DNA from: a virus
Direction: 5' to 3' (one strand)
IMG/VR virus record: IMGVR_UViG_3300009703_000005
Coordinates: 1-32,044 of that record
DNA: 32,044 nucleotides
Below the pieces are notes generated by a model. It searched no databases. It worked only from the letters and a program-made list of their open reading frames with translations, and was not told the DNA's origin. Each line of letters begins with the position of its first letter. Within the stretch, counting starts at the first letter, position 1. The translations under genes and the position numbers were made by a program. Positions 23,546-32,020 of this stretch are shown one piece after another.

Positions 23546-23778
23546 GTGATTATTTCACATGGAGTAATATTTTTTATTTAATAGGGCTGATTATCGTCGG
23601 GCTTGCTTCTATTATGGCGGCAAAGTACAAAACGCTGATGAAAGAAATCGGCGATGTAATTAAAACGCTGGAAGAGTCACATGCGGATAAGAAAGTGACC
23701 AAAGCAGAAAAAGAAAAAATTATGAAAGAAATATTAGACGTGTTAAAAGCCGTTGTCTCTTTAAAATGGCGATTTTAA
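23542..23778 (+). CDS. Single-pass membrane protein (holin-like candidate)
   Basis: NIFYLIGLIIVGLASIMAA is a TM helix, followed by a Lys/Glu-rich helix. Confidence 0.5.
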   Translation: MSDYFTWSNIFYLIGLIIVGLASIMAAKYKTLMKEIGDVIKTLEESHADKKVTKAEKEKIMKEILDVLKAVVSLKWRF

Positions 23779-23782
23779 ATAA

Positions 23783-24085
23783 ATGGCTTTAGTTGACACA
23801 GCGAAAGTCGAAATATACCGGATGGATGATGCAACACCCAATCCGCCGGCAGACACCTTATTGGCGACAGATACGACGATCGTTGGCGGGTCGTGGTCTG
23901 TCAATACGACCGGGTGGTCTGAAGGGAGATATACGATTTATGCATTAGCTTATGATCTCGCGGGGAACCAATCCGCCGAAGACGATAAAGACATAATCGT
24001 ATTGCCCGATCCTGTTCGCGTTGCCGGGCTAACTGAATGGAAAATTGGCGAAATTGGAGCCGTAACAATAGGGCTTTGTGGCTAA
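23783..24085 (+). CDS. Single Ig-like domain protein
   Basis: VEIYRMDD...IVGGSWSVNTTGWSEGRYTIYALAYDLAGNQS has the same Big-type motif as the protein at 20884. Confidence 0.6.
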   Translation: MALVDTAKVEIYRMDDATPNPPADTLLATDTTIVGGSWSVNTTGWSEGRYTIYALAYDLAGNQSAEDDKDIIVLPDPVRVAGLTEWKIGEIGAVTIGLCG

Positions 24086-24318
24086 TGCAAAATGATTTAA
24101 TAGAAGTAAAGGTTTACAGGATGCTTGGGCTTAACCCAGCGCCGGTAACCGACCAGCTTCTTGGGACAGTTGATGTAAGGCCGGATGTGGATAATACTTG
24201 GGCGATTGCTCAAGTACAGATTCCGCCGGGCAATCATACAATTTATGTTTTCGCAGAAGATAGAATCAGTAATGTGAGTCGTAAAAGTAAACCGATACAA
24301 TTCGAGACGCAGTCATGA
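24085..24318 (+). CDS. Single Ig-like domain protein
   Basis: VKVYRM...LLGTVDVRPDVDNTWAIAQVQIPPGNHTIYVFAEDRISNVS. The ATG at 24085 overlaps the upstream TAA. Confidence 0.55.
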   Translation: MQNDLIEVKVYRMLGLNPAPVTDQLLGTVDVRPDVDNTWAIAQVQIPPGNHTIYVFAEDRISNVSRKSKPIQFETQS

Positions 24319-25127
24319 CAAAAGTATTAAAAACAACATCAGAATTAAACTTTGGATTATCCGGATATACACAAGATGTATTATCGGGGGCGGTTGAATT
24401 AACATTTGAAATTTTAAATCCATATATTGGGTTTGCATCACTTTCATCGTTTAAATATAAAGCGCAAGGGAGCGGGGAATGGCTTAATGCGACATTGATG
24501 TCAGAGCAGAAAGTGGACGTTGATAATATTCAATTAACCACTCGAAATAGGATGGTCGTCATTCGGTGGGATGCGGCTCAAGACCTCCGGATCATGCAAG
24601 CTTTCACCGACGTTGAAATAGCCATCGAATTAAATGATCGCGCCCAGCAAAGCGGAACACCATCTGAGTTAAAAGAGTTTAGTTTATCGTCAGTAGATTT
24701 ACGTTCGCAAGCCGAAATTAAAATGGTAAGACCAAAGGCGAATGATCCATATATGGAATTTGTGTTCACAGTGCCTGTTCCGCCGCGCCAAGCAAAAATT
24801 AATTTCTTAATTGAAGTGGATATTACAGAGTCGTTTGATTCGTCTTTTTATTTATCCTTTCATTCTTATTTAGACCAAACAGGGTGGAGTATAGATGGCG
24901 CTTCGTTTCCGGCTCCGGGAGTGGACGGTATCGGAATGGCGACAGGCGACAGGATGGTTTCGTTTACTCATAACGATTTAAGCAATCTCTCTTCCGGAAC
25001 CCAATATTATTACAGAGTCGTTCCTATTTTAGATCAATTCTTGCCATTTGTCGATAATATTTCCGACGGGCAAGTTATAATCGGAACGCTTGTGGATATT
25101 AGCGGGACAGTTGAGGTGTATGATTAG
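24315..25127 (+). CDS. Hypothetical structural protein with FN3/Ig-like C-terminal features
   Basis: 270 aa, with an FN3-like SGTQYYYRVVPI. It is an alternative tube-protein candidate because of its position near the chaperone genes. Confidence 0.4.
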   Translation: MTKVLKTTSELNFGLSGYTQDVLSGAVELTFEILNPYIGFASLSSFKYKAQGSGEWLNATLMSEQKVDVDNIQLTTRNRMVVIRWDAAQDLRIMQAFTDVEIAIELNDRAQQSGTPSELKEFSLSSVDLRSQAEIKMVRPKANDPYMEFVFTVPVPPRQAKINFLIEVDITESFDSSFYLSFHSYLDQTGWSIDGASFPAPGVDGIGMATGDRMVSFTHNDLSNLSSGTQYYYRVVPILDQFLPFVDNISDGQVIIGTLVDISGTVEVYD

Positions 25128-25525
25128 TGGCTAAATATTCGAGAAAAAGTAAAGAAAAGCTCGCCAGCGTTGATTTTCGGCTTCAAGAAATATTCAATGA
25201 AGTCATTAAACATTTTGATTGCACAATTATTGAAGGTAAACGCTCAAAAGCGCGACAAATGGCGCTTTATAAAGAAAGGCGAACTAAGACCCTAAAGTCG
25301 AAACATCTCGCCGCGTTGGCCATAGACTCAGCGCCTTGGCCTGTAGATTGGAAAGACCTTGATCGCTTTCGGTATTTCGCCGGGTTTGTGATGGGTGTTG
25401 CTGCGAATAAGGGTTATAAAATACGCTGGGGTGGGGATTGGAATATGGACACGATGCTTTCGAGCCGCGATCCGGAACAGAAGTTTGACGATTTAGTGCA
25501 TTTTGAATTAATAGAAACGGAGTAA
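25127..25525 (+). CDS. Peptidase M15 (VanY/L-Ala-D-Glu peptidase-like) lysin
   Basis: SKHLAALAIDSAP gives H-x6-D; WGGDW and DDLVHFEL (second His) complete the zinc-peptidase signature. GTG start. Confidence 0.8.
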   Translation: MAKYSRKSKEKLASVDFRLQEIFNEVIKHFDCTIIEGKRSKARQMALYKERRTKTLKSKHLAALAIDSAPWPVDWKDLDRFRYFAGFVMGVAANKGYKIRWGGDWNMDTMLSSRDPEQKFDDLVHFELIETE

Positions 25526-25527
25526 AA

Positions 25528-25881
25528 ATGAAAGATAAGTCATATAAAATACAGGGCGTGGATCTGTCGCAAGGCGAACTTACGCTTCGAAAAGATAAAG
25601 AAATTATTAAGCTATGGTATGAATCCGATGTAAATATCGACGAACTTACCAGCAGCGGGACAATACAGGAAATATTAAGATGGCTTTTGTCGTCGGACAT
25701 TCTCGAGCGATTTCTTGAGATTGTTCTTACCGGCGAAACCGGAAAGATAGTGTGGGATGACATCACTAATTCTCAATTGGAAATAATCGTGATTGATTTT
25801 TTAGCATTAAACGGCGGGTGGATCGGGAAGTTGAACGGTTACTTGAGCAGCTTGACACCGGCCGAGATAACGGAGAAGTAA
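25528..25881 (+). CDS. Tail assembly chaperone (G-like)
   Basis: It lies upstream of the tape measure gene and is 117 aa and acidic. The downstream ORF overlaps it in the -1 frame. Confidence 0.6.
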   Translation: MKDKSYKIQGVDLSQGELTLRKDKEIIKLWYESDVNIDELTSSGTIQEILRWLLSSDILERFLEIVLTGETGKIVWDDITNSQLEIIVIDFLALNGGWIGKLNGYLSSLTPAEITEK

Positions 25882-26051
25882 ATGGGCTGTTCGACGAACT
25901 TTCGCAACCCGATGAGCCTTGGGCGGCTATCGATTCAATTGTGTGGTCGCTTTCCGGGGGAGATATTGTGAAAGGACGTGAGATTGTCGAAACAATGACC
26001 ATGACTTTTGGCCTTGAGTGGCTCGTTATGGCGCAAAATATGAGAGAATAA
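25528..26051 (+). CDS. GT-like chaperone produced by -1 programmed frameshift (join 25528..25803, 25803..26051)
   Basis: ORF 25818-26051 is in the -1 frame relative to 25528-25881. The -1 frame opens at 25797, exactly at a T_TTT_TTA heptamer. Confidence 0.5.
25797..25803 (+). other. -1 slippery heptamer T_TTT_TTA
   Basis: The zero-frame codons are GAT TTT TTA. The last -1-frame stop (TGA 25794-25796) lies immediately upstream. Confidence 0.55.
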
Positions 26052-26213
26052 TTAAGGCGCAGTAAAAAAAAAGATGTATGAAGTAATTATTATACCCAAA
26101 AGAGCAATCATGCCACCGAACGTTGGGAAAAATTCGCCTATTGATACGCCAACAACAATGATAAATACACCGAATGCGCTATTTGATAACCAGTTAAATA
26201 CACCATTAAACAT
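26052..26213 (-). CDS. 53-aa two-TM membrane protein, antisense to the tail operon (not in the ORF track)
   Basis: My translation is MFNGVFNWLSNSAFGVFIIVVGVSIGEFFPTFGGMIALLGIIITSYIFFFTAP. It lies in a 462-bp gap with no plus-strand coding. Confidence 0.35.
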   Translation of the reverse strand: MFNGVFNWLSNSAFGVFIIVVGVSIGEFFPTFGGMIALLGIIITSYIFFFTAP

Positions 26214-26261
26214 GGCGAAAGTTAGGAAATAAGCATTTAGTTCATTTCCAAAAACGCATGA

Positions 26262-26453
26262 TTAAAGGTCAACAGCATAGTAGAGCAGTTTAAAAATATA
26301 TCCCATGGTGATAAAACTAAAAAGAAACGTAAACCCCCAGTAGGAGTCAAATATGAGACCGAAAAACCATATTGAAGCAAGGAAAATGTATGGTAGAAAA
26401 AGCAATGCTAATCCTGCACAGGTAAATAATATAAGTCGTGTAAAAAACCCCAT
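26262..26453 (-). CDS. 63-aa two-TM membrane protein, antisense to the tail operon
   Basis: MGFFTRLILFTCAGLALLFLPYIFLASIWFFGLIFDSYWGFTFLFSFITMGYIF. I chose the internal ATG at 26453 so that it does not overlap the tape measure gene. TTGATA, 18 nt, then TAATAT lie directly upstream. Confidence 0.4.
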   Translation of the reverse strand: MGFFTRLILFTCAGLALLFLPYIFLASIWFFGLIFDSYWGFTFLFSFITMGYIFKLLYYAVDL

Positions 26454-26513
26454 AGGGAATATTACTCTAATTTGCTTACATATATCAAGCACAATTAAAA
26501 AAGGGATACTATC

Positions 26514-29165
26514 ATGGGCAGAAATGCTATAGAATTTGAAATAATTGCCAATATCAAAAACATCTTTGATTCGGTAGATAAAATTGATAAAAGATTTAAA
26601 ACCTTCGGTAATGAAAGTGCAAAACATGTAGAGAAAATCAGCAAAAAAATTAATGGACTTTCCGGTACATTATCAAAGGCTGGGTTGGCAATACAGGGGG
26701 TTGAAGCATTCGTTAGGACGTTACGCCAGCTTACATCCGGCATCGTTGAATTTGACAAACAGCTTCGATTTGCGAATACTTTGATGAAAAAGACCGGCGA
26801 TGAATTTAAGTCAATGGAAAGAGATATTCTTAATTTATCAAAACAACTTCCAAAGACGGCCGGTGATTTAGCTTTGGGATTGTATAAAGTAAAATCTATG
26901 GGGGTCGAAGCGGCGGATTCTATGTATATATTAGAAAAGGCGGCACGGATTGCATCCGCTGGCGGAGTGGATACCAGCACTGCCGTAAGTACTCTTGTAA
27001 AAACATTGGAAATTTATAATCTTGAAGCCAAACATGCAGGAATAGTGTCTGATTGGTTATTCAAAACGATTGAAGACGGTGATACTACATTTGAACAATT
27101 ATCCACACAAATAGGTAGAATACTGCCCCTGGCTAAAAGTATGGGCGTTGAAATGGGCGATGCGTTGTCTGTTTTCTCAGGAATGACGACAATTCTTGGC
27201 ACGAATGAACAAGCAGCAACAGCGTTAGAAGCCACATTTAGAACCTTCATTCAGTCAGGTGATAAATTAAAAAATGTTGGCATAGATATAAATAAAACAT
27301 TAGCTGAAGATGGTTTAATAGGCGCCCTTCAAAAACTTGAAAAATTAACGGGCGGAGATGCAACTGCCTTGAAAAATTTAGGATTTGAAACAGAATCTTT
27401 GAGAGGGATATTGGGCTTATTTGGCGGAAAACTTGAAGATGTGGCGAAAAATTTCAAGAACGTGTCTAACCTTGCCGGCTCCACAAATAGAGCCTTTAGC
27501 GAAATGATACAAACGGCAGAGAATCAGGGAATTTTACTTACGAATAATTTGAATGCACGGTTATATGAATATCGGCAAGCTATTGTATCTGCATTTATTT
27601 GGATTGTGGATAAGGTTGTATTTACATTAGATAATCTGAAACAAATTCTAACGGTTACAGCCCGAGCAGTTGGCACACTTACGACAGCAGTACTTGCCTA
27701 TAAAGCCGTTGCCTGGGCTCAGTATTTATTTATGATGAAAGAACATATTGTCCTGGCGATTAAAAACAACTTAATACGGATTCAAACTTTATGGACAAAT
27801 AGAGCGAAAATTGCACAGAAGGGCTTAAACCTTGCTATGAAATTAAATCCTATCGGTTTACTGGTGGGCTTACTTACCGGTTTATTGGTGGCGTTTGGTT
27901 CGACGGAAGGTGGCCTGTCTGCTTTAAAAGATGTATTTATGGCGTTTTGGCAAACGATTAAAGACGTATTAACGAATTTTTACAGCATCATTAAACTGGT
28001 ATTTAACGGCATTACAACACCCTTTCGATTTGCCTTTAATGTGGTAGAACAATTTGGCAAAGGATTTGCAGACATATTTTCAAATATGGGCGATATCATG
28101 AAAGGATTTTGGAAGATTCTTACGGGAGATTTTGAAGCCGGCTGGGACATGATTCAAGGTGGCGTAGAGAATCTTGGCGAAAATATCAAGAATACGATTG
28201 TAGATGCTGCAAAAGAAACGGCTGATCCTGTCATGGATGCCATGAGTGATATGGACTTTTCCAAAAGTAAAGATGCCTGGGTAACTGCAGGAAAATCTAC
28301 ATCGAAGGCTTTTAAAGAAGGGTTCTCACTGGGATTGAAAGACAGTGAAGCTCCAAAGCCGGATGATGGCAATTTTGATTTACCGGATGTTTCAGGTGGT
28401 TCTCCCGGCGAAGATGGTTCACCAACGTCTCCCATTGATGATTTGACAAAAACATTAGACTATATGGTTTACATTCAAAAGATGAGTATGGAAAAAGCAC
28501 GAGAGATGCGCATGGCATTTTTGAATGAACAAATTTTAGGTATTGAAGGTACAACCGATAAAGAAATCCAACAAAAAATACGGTTGATGCAAGAATTGGA
28601 GCGATTAGAGAATGAAGGAGCATCTAAAAAACTTGCATTAACGGAACGAATCCAACGTACCATCACGTGGATAACTCAAAAGAATGCAGAGCTCCGGGAA
28701 GGGTTTGATATTAAGGAGCGACTTTCCACGGCAAAGAGTACGGTCATGGCGGGAATTAATGCAGCAGTGAAAGGTGTGAAAAGCGCAGCTGACGTTAAAT
28801 TTCCCGGGAATGTTATCGCAGTTCCGGCGGTATTGGCGATGATATTTGCATCATTAAAGAAAGCTAAATCTATTGGCGGAAGTATTCTAAAGATGGAAGA
28901 AGGCGGAATTGTGAACAGTCCACAATTGGCGCTTATTGGGGAAGCGGTGCATAAAACAGGCGCAGAATTAGTCCTTCCCGAGCGAACTTTCGCTAAATAT
29001 ATGGATCAAAATGTGATGCCCGGTATAATGGCAAAGATTAATGGCGATATGTCCGGTGTGGAATCCCGATTGGATCGGGTTGAAAATGCGATCATAAGTC
29101 GGCCGTCTCTTTCTGCCCGAGACATTGCCGATGCAGTCACCGATTCTGTAGGAGATATGCTTTGA
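26514..29165 (+). CDS. Tail tape measure protein (TP901-family core)
   Basis: 883 aa. LSKQLPKTAGDLALGLYKVKSMGVEAADSMYILEKAARIASAGGVDTSTAVSTLVKTLEIYNL is the TP901-family core. Central hydrophobic helices are present. Confidence 0.9.
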   Translation: MGRNAIEFEIIANIKNIFDSVDKIDKRFKTFGNESAKHVEKISKKINGLSGTLSKAGLAIQGVEAFVRTLRQLTSGIVEFDKQLRFANTLMKKTGDEFKSMERDILNLSKQLPKTAGDLALGLYKVKSMGVEAADSMYILEKAARIASAGGVDTSTAVSTLVKTLEIYNLEAKHAGIVSDWLFKTIEDGDTTFEQLSTQIGRILPLAKSMGVEMGDALSVFSGMTTILGTNEQAATALEATFRTFIQSGDKLKNVGIDINKTLAEDGLIGALQKLEKLTGGDATALKNLGFETESLRGILGLFGGKLEDVAKNFKNVSNLAGSTNRAFSEMIQTAENQGILLTNNLNARLYEYRQAIVSAFIWIVDKVVFTLDNLKQILTVTARAVGTLTTAVLAYKAVAWAQYLFMMKEHIVLAIKNNLIRIQTLWTNRAKIAQKGLNLAMKLNPIGLLVGLLTGLLVAFGSTEGGLSALKDVFMAFWQTIKDVLTNFYSIIKLVFNGITTPFRFAFNVVEQFGKGFADIFSNMGDIMKGFWKILTGDFEAGWDMIQGGVENLGENIKNTIVDAAKETADPVMDAMSDMDFSKSKDAWVTAGKSTSKAFKEGFSLGLKDSEAPKPDDGNFDLPDVSGGSPGEDGSPTSPIDDLTKTLDYMVYIQKMSMEKAREMRMAFLNEQILGIEGTTDKEIQQKIRLMQELERLENEGASKKLALTERIQRTITWITQKNAELREGFDIKERLSTAKSTVMAGINAAVKGVKSAADVKFPGNVIAVPAVLAMIFASLKKAKSIGGSILKMEEGGIVNSPQLALIGEAVHKTGAELVLPERTFAKYMDQNVMPGIMAKINGDMSGVESRLDRVENAIISRPSLSARDIADAVTDSVGDML

Positions 29166-30766
29166 TTATAAAGGTTGAAATAAGCGGTGAAGATATAACT
29201 TCGCAAATATTAACGGATAATTTTCCACGAACATTGCGACGTCGAGCGAAAAAAAGCGGGTTCTTTTCATTTGCAACCCAATCTTTCGCATTTATTGTCT
29301 TTGATCCGGCGCATCGCCTAAGTTTAACTCGCAATACTCCGTGCATTGTTTATTTGGGCGGTGTCGTTCGGATTAATGGGTTTATATCAAAAATAGAGAA
29401 CGAGACAAGCGATACGCCTAAAATTACCATTCAACCAAATATTGCCCGGCTTAAAGACGTAAAAGTGGGCGACCTAAAGGATGATGCTGACGAAAAATCG
29501 GACAGACTATTTAAGTCTGACGGATATCAAACAATTAAAGAAATAGCGACCAGCGTTTTGGCAAATGCCGGTGAGCAATTAGGCATTAGTTATCCCACTC
29601 CAACAGAAGAAGAAATCCCAACAGAAACAAATATGCCGAAATTGGGTCTTGTTGGCGGAAAGCTTCGCCACATAGAAGTGGGTGCCGACAAACTAATTAA
29701 AGCGCTCGTGTCCCTTGTCCTTCCGCTCGTGAGTATAGATCAGTCCGGCGCTCACTTTAGGCGGAAGAATAATCTTACATATTACGTCGAAGAAGGAGCT
29801 GGTTTCGGCTCGCGCCTTTGGATTCAGAAACATAGTTTGATTAATTGGACGTTTGCGAAAACATGGACGATTCTTGGCGTTTCTTTTGGGTTTGATTTTG
29901 GTTCATTTCAAGTTCCATCAGAAGATTGGATGATTCCAACGTTCCGGGCGTATTATCATGTTTATAAATGTGAAAGCGGGGCTTTAGAAAAAGAAACAAC
30001 GCATGAATGGTACACGGTGTGGCCATTTGCTCAAGGTGAGCCAAATATGGATCAGCATTATGGCGGCAAACTTAACGATCAAAGCAGTTCAAATATCACG
30101 GATGAAGAAATCGAAGAATACTGCGATGATGAATTGGCCATTGTCCCGGAGTCGATAGAAATAAAATTTATGTGGGATTTAGACGACATAAACACTTATG
30201 TAATATTATCCGGCCGGAGAACCAATGAAACGATCGCCGATTGGTATTTGTTATCATTCCAGACGCCGTTTGACGACAAGTTTAAGGTTCATTATAAAAA
30301 TGCGACAGCGATTACAATTTTAAAAGATTTATCCATTGCCGGTTTCCGGTATTTATACATCGACGGAGAAAACCATATCCGAATGCCGGGACGAGATACA
30401 ATTACAACGGACGCTGGGATGCCATCAGCCGCGCTTAAAACAGAAAAAATTAATCGTGAAAAATTAAGCGGCAGTGCTTCTGTTCAAATAAGCCGTTATG
30501 AGCAAGACTCTGACGGTAAAGTAAGCACATTCGGTATCTATATGAGCAAAAATGAGAAAGAAGAATTGGATAAATATTATAAAGATTTATGGGATGAGAT
30601 GGATCTCGTAAGAACGGCGCGGGAATATATCGCACACTTGGTTGATACTCCGGAGTTGTTACAGCAAATTGACGGTGATACGATCATCGAAATTGAAGAG
30701 CCGATACGTGACGGCGACAATTTGAAAATTAAAACAGAGAGGCTGGAAACTAATGCATTTGGGTAA
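29162..30766 (+). CDS. Tail tip / distal tail protein (by position)
   Basis: 534-aa ORF directly after the tape measure gene. Its TTG start overlaps the TMP stop. No family recognised. Confidence 0.4.
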   Translation: MIIKVEISGEDITSQILTDNFPRTLRRRAKKSGFFSFATQSFAFIVFDPAHRLSLTRNTPCIVYLGGVVRINGFISKIENETSDTPKITIQPNIARLKDVKVGDLKDDADEKSDRLFKSDGYQTIKEIATSVLANAGEQLGISYPTPTEEEIPTETNMPKLGLVGGKLRHIEVGADKLIKALVSLVLPLVSIDQSGAHFRRKNNLTYYVEEGAGFGSRLWIQKHSLINWTFAKTWTILGVSFGFDFGSFQVPSEDWMIPTFRAYYHVYKCESGALEKETTHEWYTVWPFAQGEPNMDQHYGGKLNDQSSSNITDEEIEEYCDDELAIVPESIEIKFMWDLDDINTYVILSGRRTNETIADWYLLSFQTPFDDKFKVHYKNATAITILKDLSIAGFRYLYIDGENHIRMPGRDTITTDAGMPSAALKTEKINREKLSGSASVQISRYEQDSDGKVSTFGIYMSKNEKEELDKYYKDLWDEMDLVRTAREYIAHLVDTPELLQQIDGDTIIEIEEPIRDGDNLKIKTERLETNAFG

Positions 30767-31202
30767 AAAACCACCATTGATCATTTGGAATGGCGGAGAA
30801 GTTCAGCTGCCGGCTTTAAGTCGCGGCGGTCGTAAGGAAAAGTTTAATCCAATCGGGAAAGTATTTTATACTAATATTCACGATGAGCGGATATTTAACC
30901 CGAGCCTAAAATATGATTTCATCGCGGAATACGAATGGGACAGGATGGATGCAGAATATACAGAAATATTAATCAACATAAAGAATAACGCGGATACAAT
31001 AAACTTATATCCGAATGCGGATGTTAAGGCTTTTCGAGTTCCGGTTGTAATCACTGATTTTCAAATACCGAGCAGTCGCGGCTTTTCTTATATGAATGGA
31101 GTCATTATGAAATGCGCGGCGGTATCGCCAAGAAAAAAAATCCCATCAATGAACAATTTATATGTTGGCAAGCTGCCGACAAGAATATCAATAATAAATT
31201 AA
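30753..31202 (+). CDS. Hypothetical tail-tip protein
   Basis: 149-aa ORF in the tail-tip operon. Confidence 0.4.
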   Translation: MHLGKKPPLIIWNGGEVQLPALSRGGRKEKFNPIGKVFYTNIHDERIFNPSLKYDFIAEYEWDRMDAEYTEILINIKNNADTINLYPNADVKAFRVPVVITDFQIPSSRGFSYMNGVIMKCAAVSPRKKIPSMNNLYVGKLPTRISIIN

Positions 31203-31214
31203 AAGGAGAATATT

Positions 31215-31943
31215 ATGTCTTTAACAATAGCTGATTTGAGTTTTGTCGTCGAAGAAATGACGGATGGCGGTTATGCAATATCACTTGATTTGGAGTGCAA
31301 AGAAACCGGAACAACGAATGTTGTCGCAAGCACAAGTCCTACAGGAAGTCAATTACAAATAACAGATAATGGCGATGGAACATATACAATTAAAGATTTA
31401 CCGGCTGGTTATTACGATATATTTGTCGCGGGGCAACCTTTGCCACAGCCGGAATTAACGCGGATTGGCCATGTTGGCGATCATTTGGGGGATACTTCCA
31501 AGCATAATGTAATTAATGACGCGGGAACCGGTGCTGCCGATTTATTCTCCGCGAATAAAATTAATTCTCTTTTAACCGGGAAGTCTGACGCTGGTCACGA
31601 CCATGATTTTGTTTACGCTGTCTCCGGGCATACTCATGACGCAAATTACTCTCCGATTTCACACGACCATGATTCGGATTACGCTGATATTAGCCATAAT
31701 CACGATTCGGATTATTTAGGCAGCGAACCTTTAGACGTTCCATTTTCAAAACGAACATCGCATTTGGATTTAATAAATGGAAACGCTGGGAAGATTTATT
31801 ATTTTGAAGCTTTATCGAACCCGGCACCCGGGATGAGTATCGATGTGGGTTTTTACGGCATAATTAAATTACCGGATGGAACAATCGCAAGAGTCGAACT
31901 CGGAATAACAACATATACTGAACCGGGAAATGTCAGCGGGTAA
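31215..31943 (+). CDS. Tail fibre with HxH repeat tract
   Basis: GHDHDFVYAVSGHTHDANYSPISHDHDSDYADISHNHDSDY holds four HxH(D) units at spacings of 10 or 12 residues. It is the last gene before att. Confidence 0.6.
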   Translation: MSLTIADLSFVVEEMTDGGYAISLDLECKETGTTNVVASTSPTGSQLQITDNGDGTYTIKDLPAGYYDIFVAGQPLPQPELTRIGHVGDHLGDTSKHNVINDAGTGAADLFSANKINSLLTGKSDAGHDHDFVYAVSGHTHDANYSPISHDHDSDYADISHNHDSDYLGSEPLDVPFSKRTSHLDLINGNAGKIYYFEALSNPAPGMSIDVGFYGIIKLPDGTIARVELGITTYTEPGNVSG

Positions 31944-32020
31944 TTAGAACAATAGGAATTATGGGTTAAATTTAGGGTGTTTTGTCGACGGTGAATGCTG
32001 GATTGATACGCGCCCGACCA

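Noticed and set aside
26454-26627. The longer version of the antisense ORF (start at 26627)
   Set aside because: It would overlap the tape measure gene start by more than 100 nt. The internal ATG at 26453 has promoter-like hexamers just upstream.
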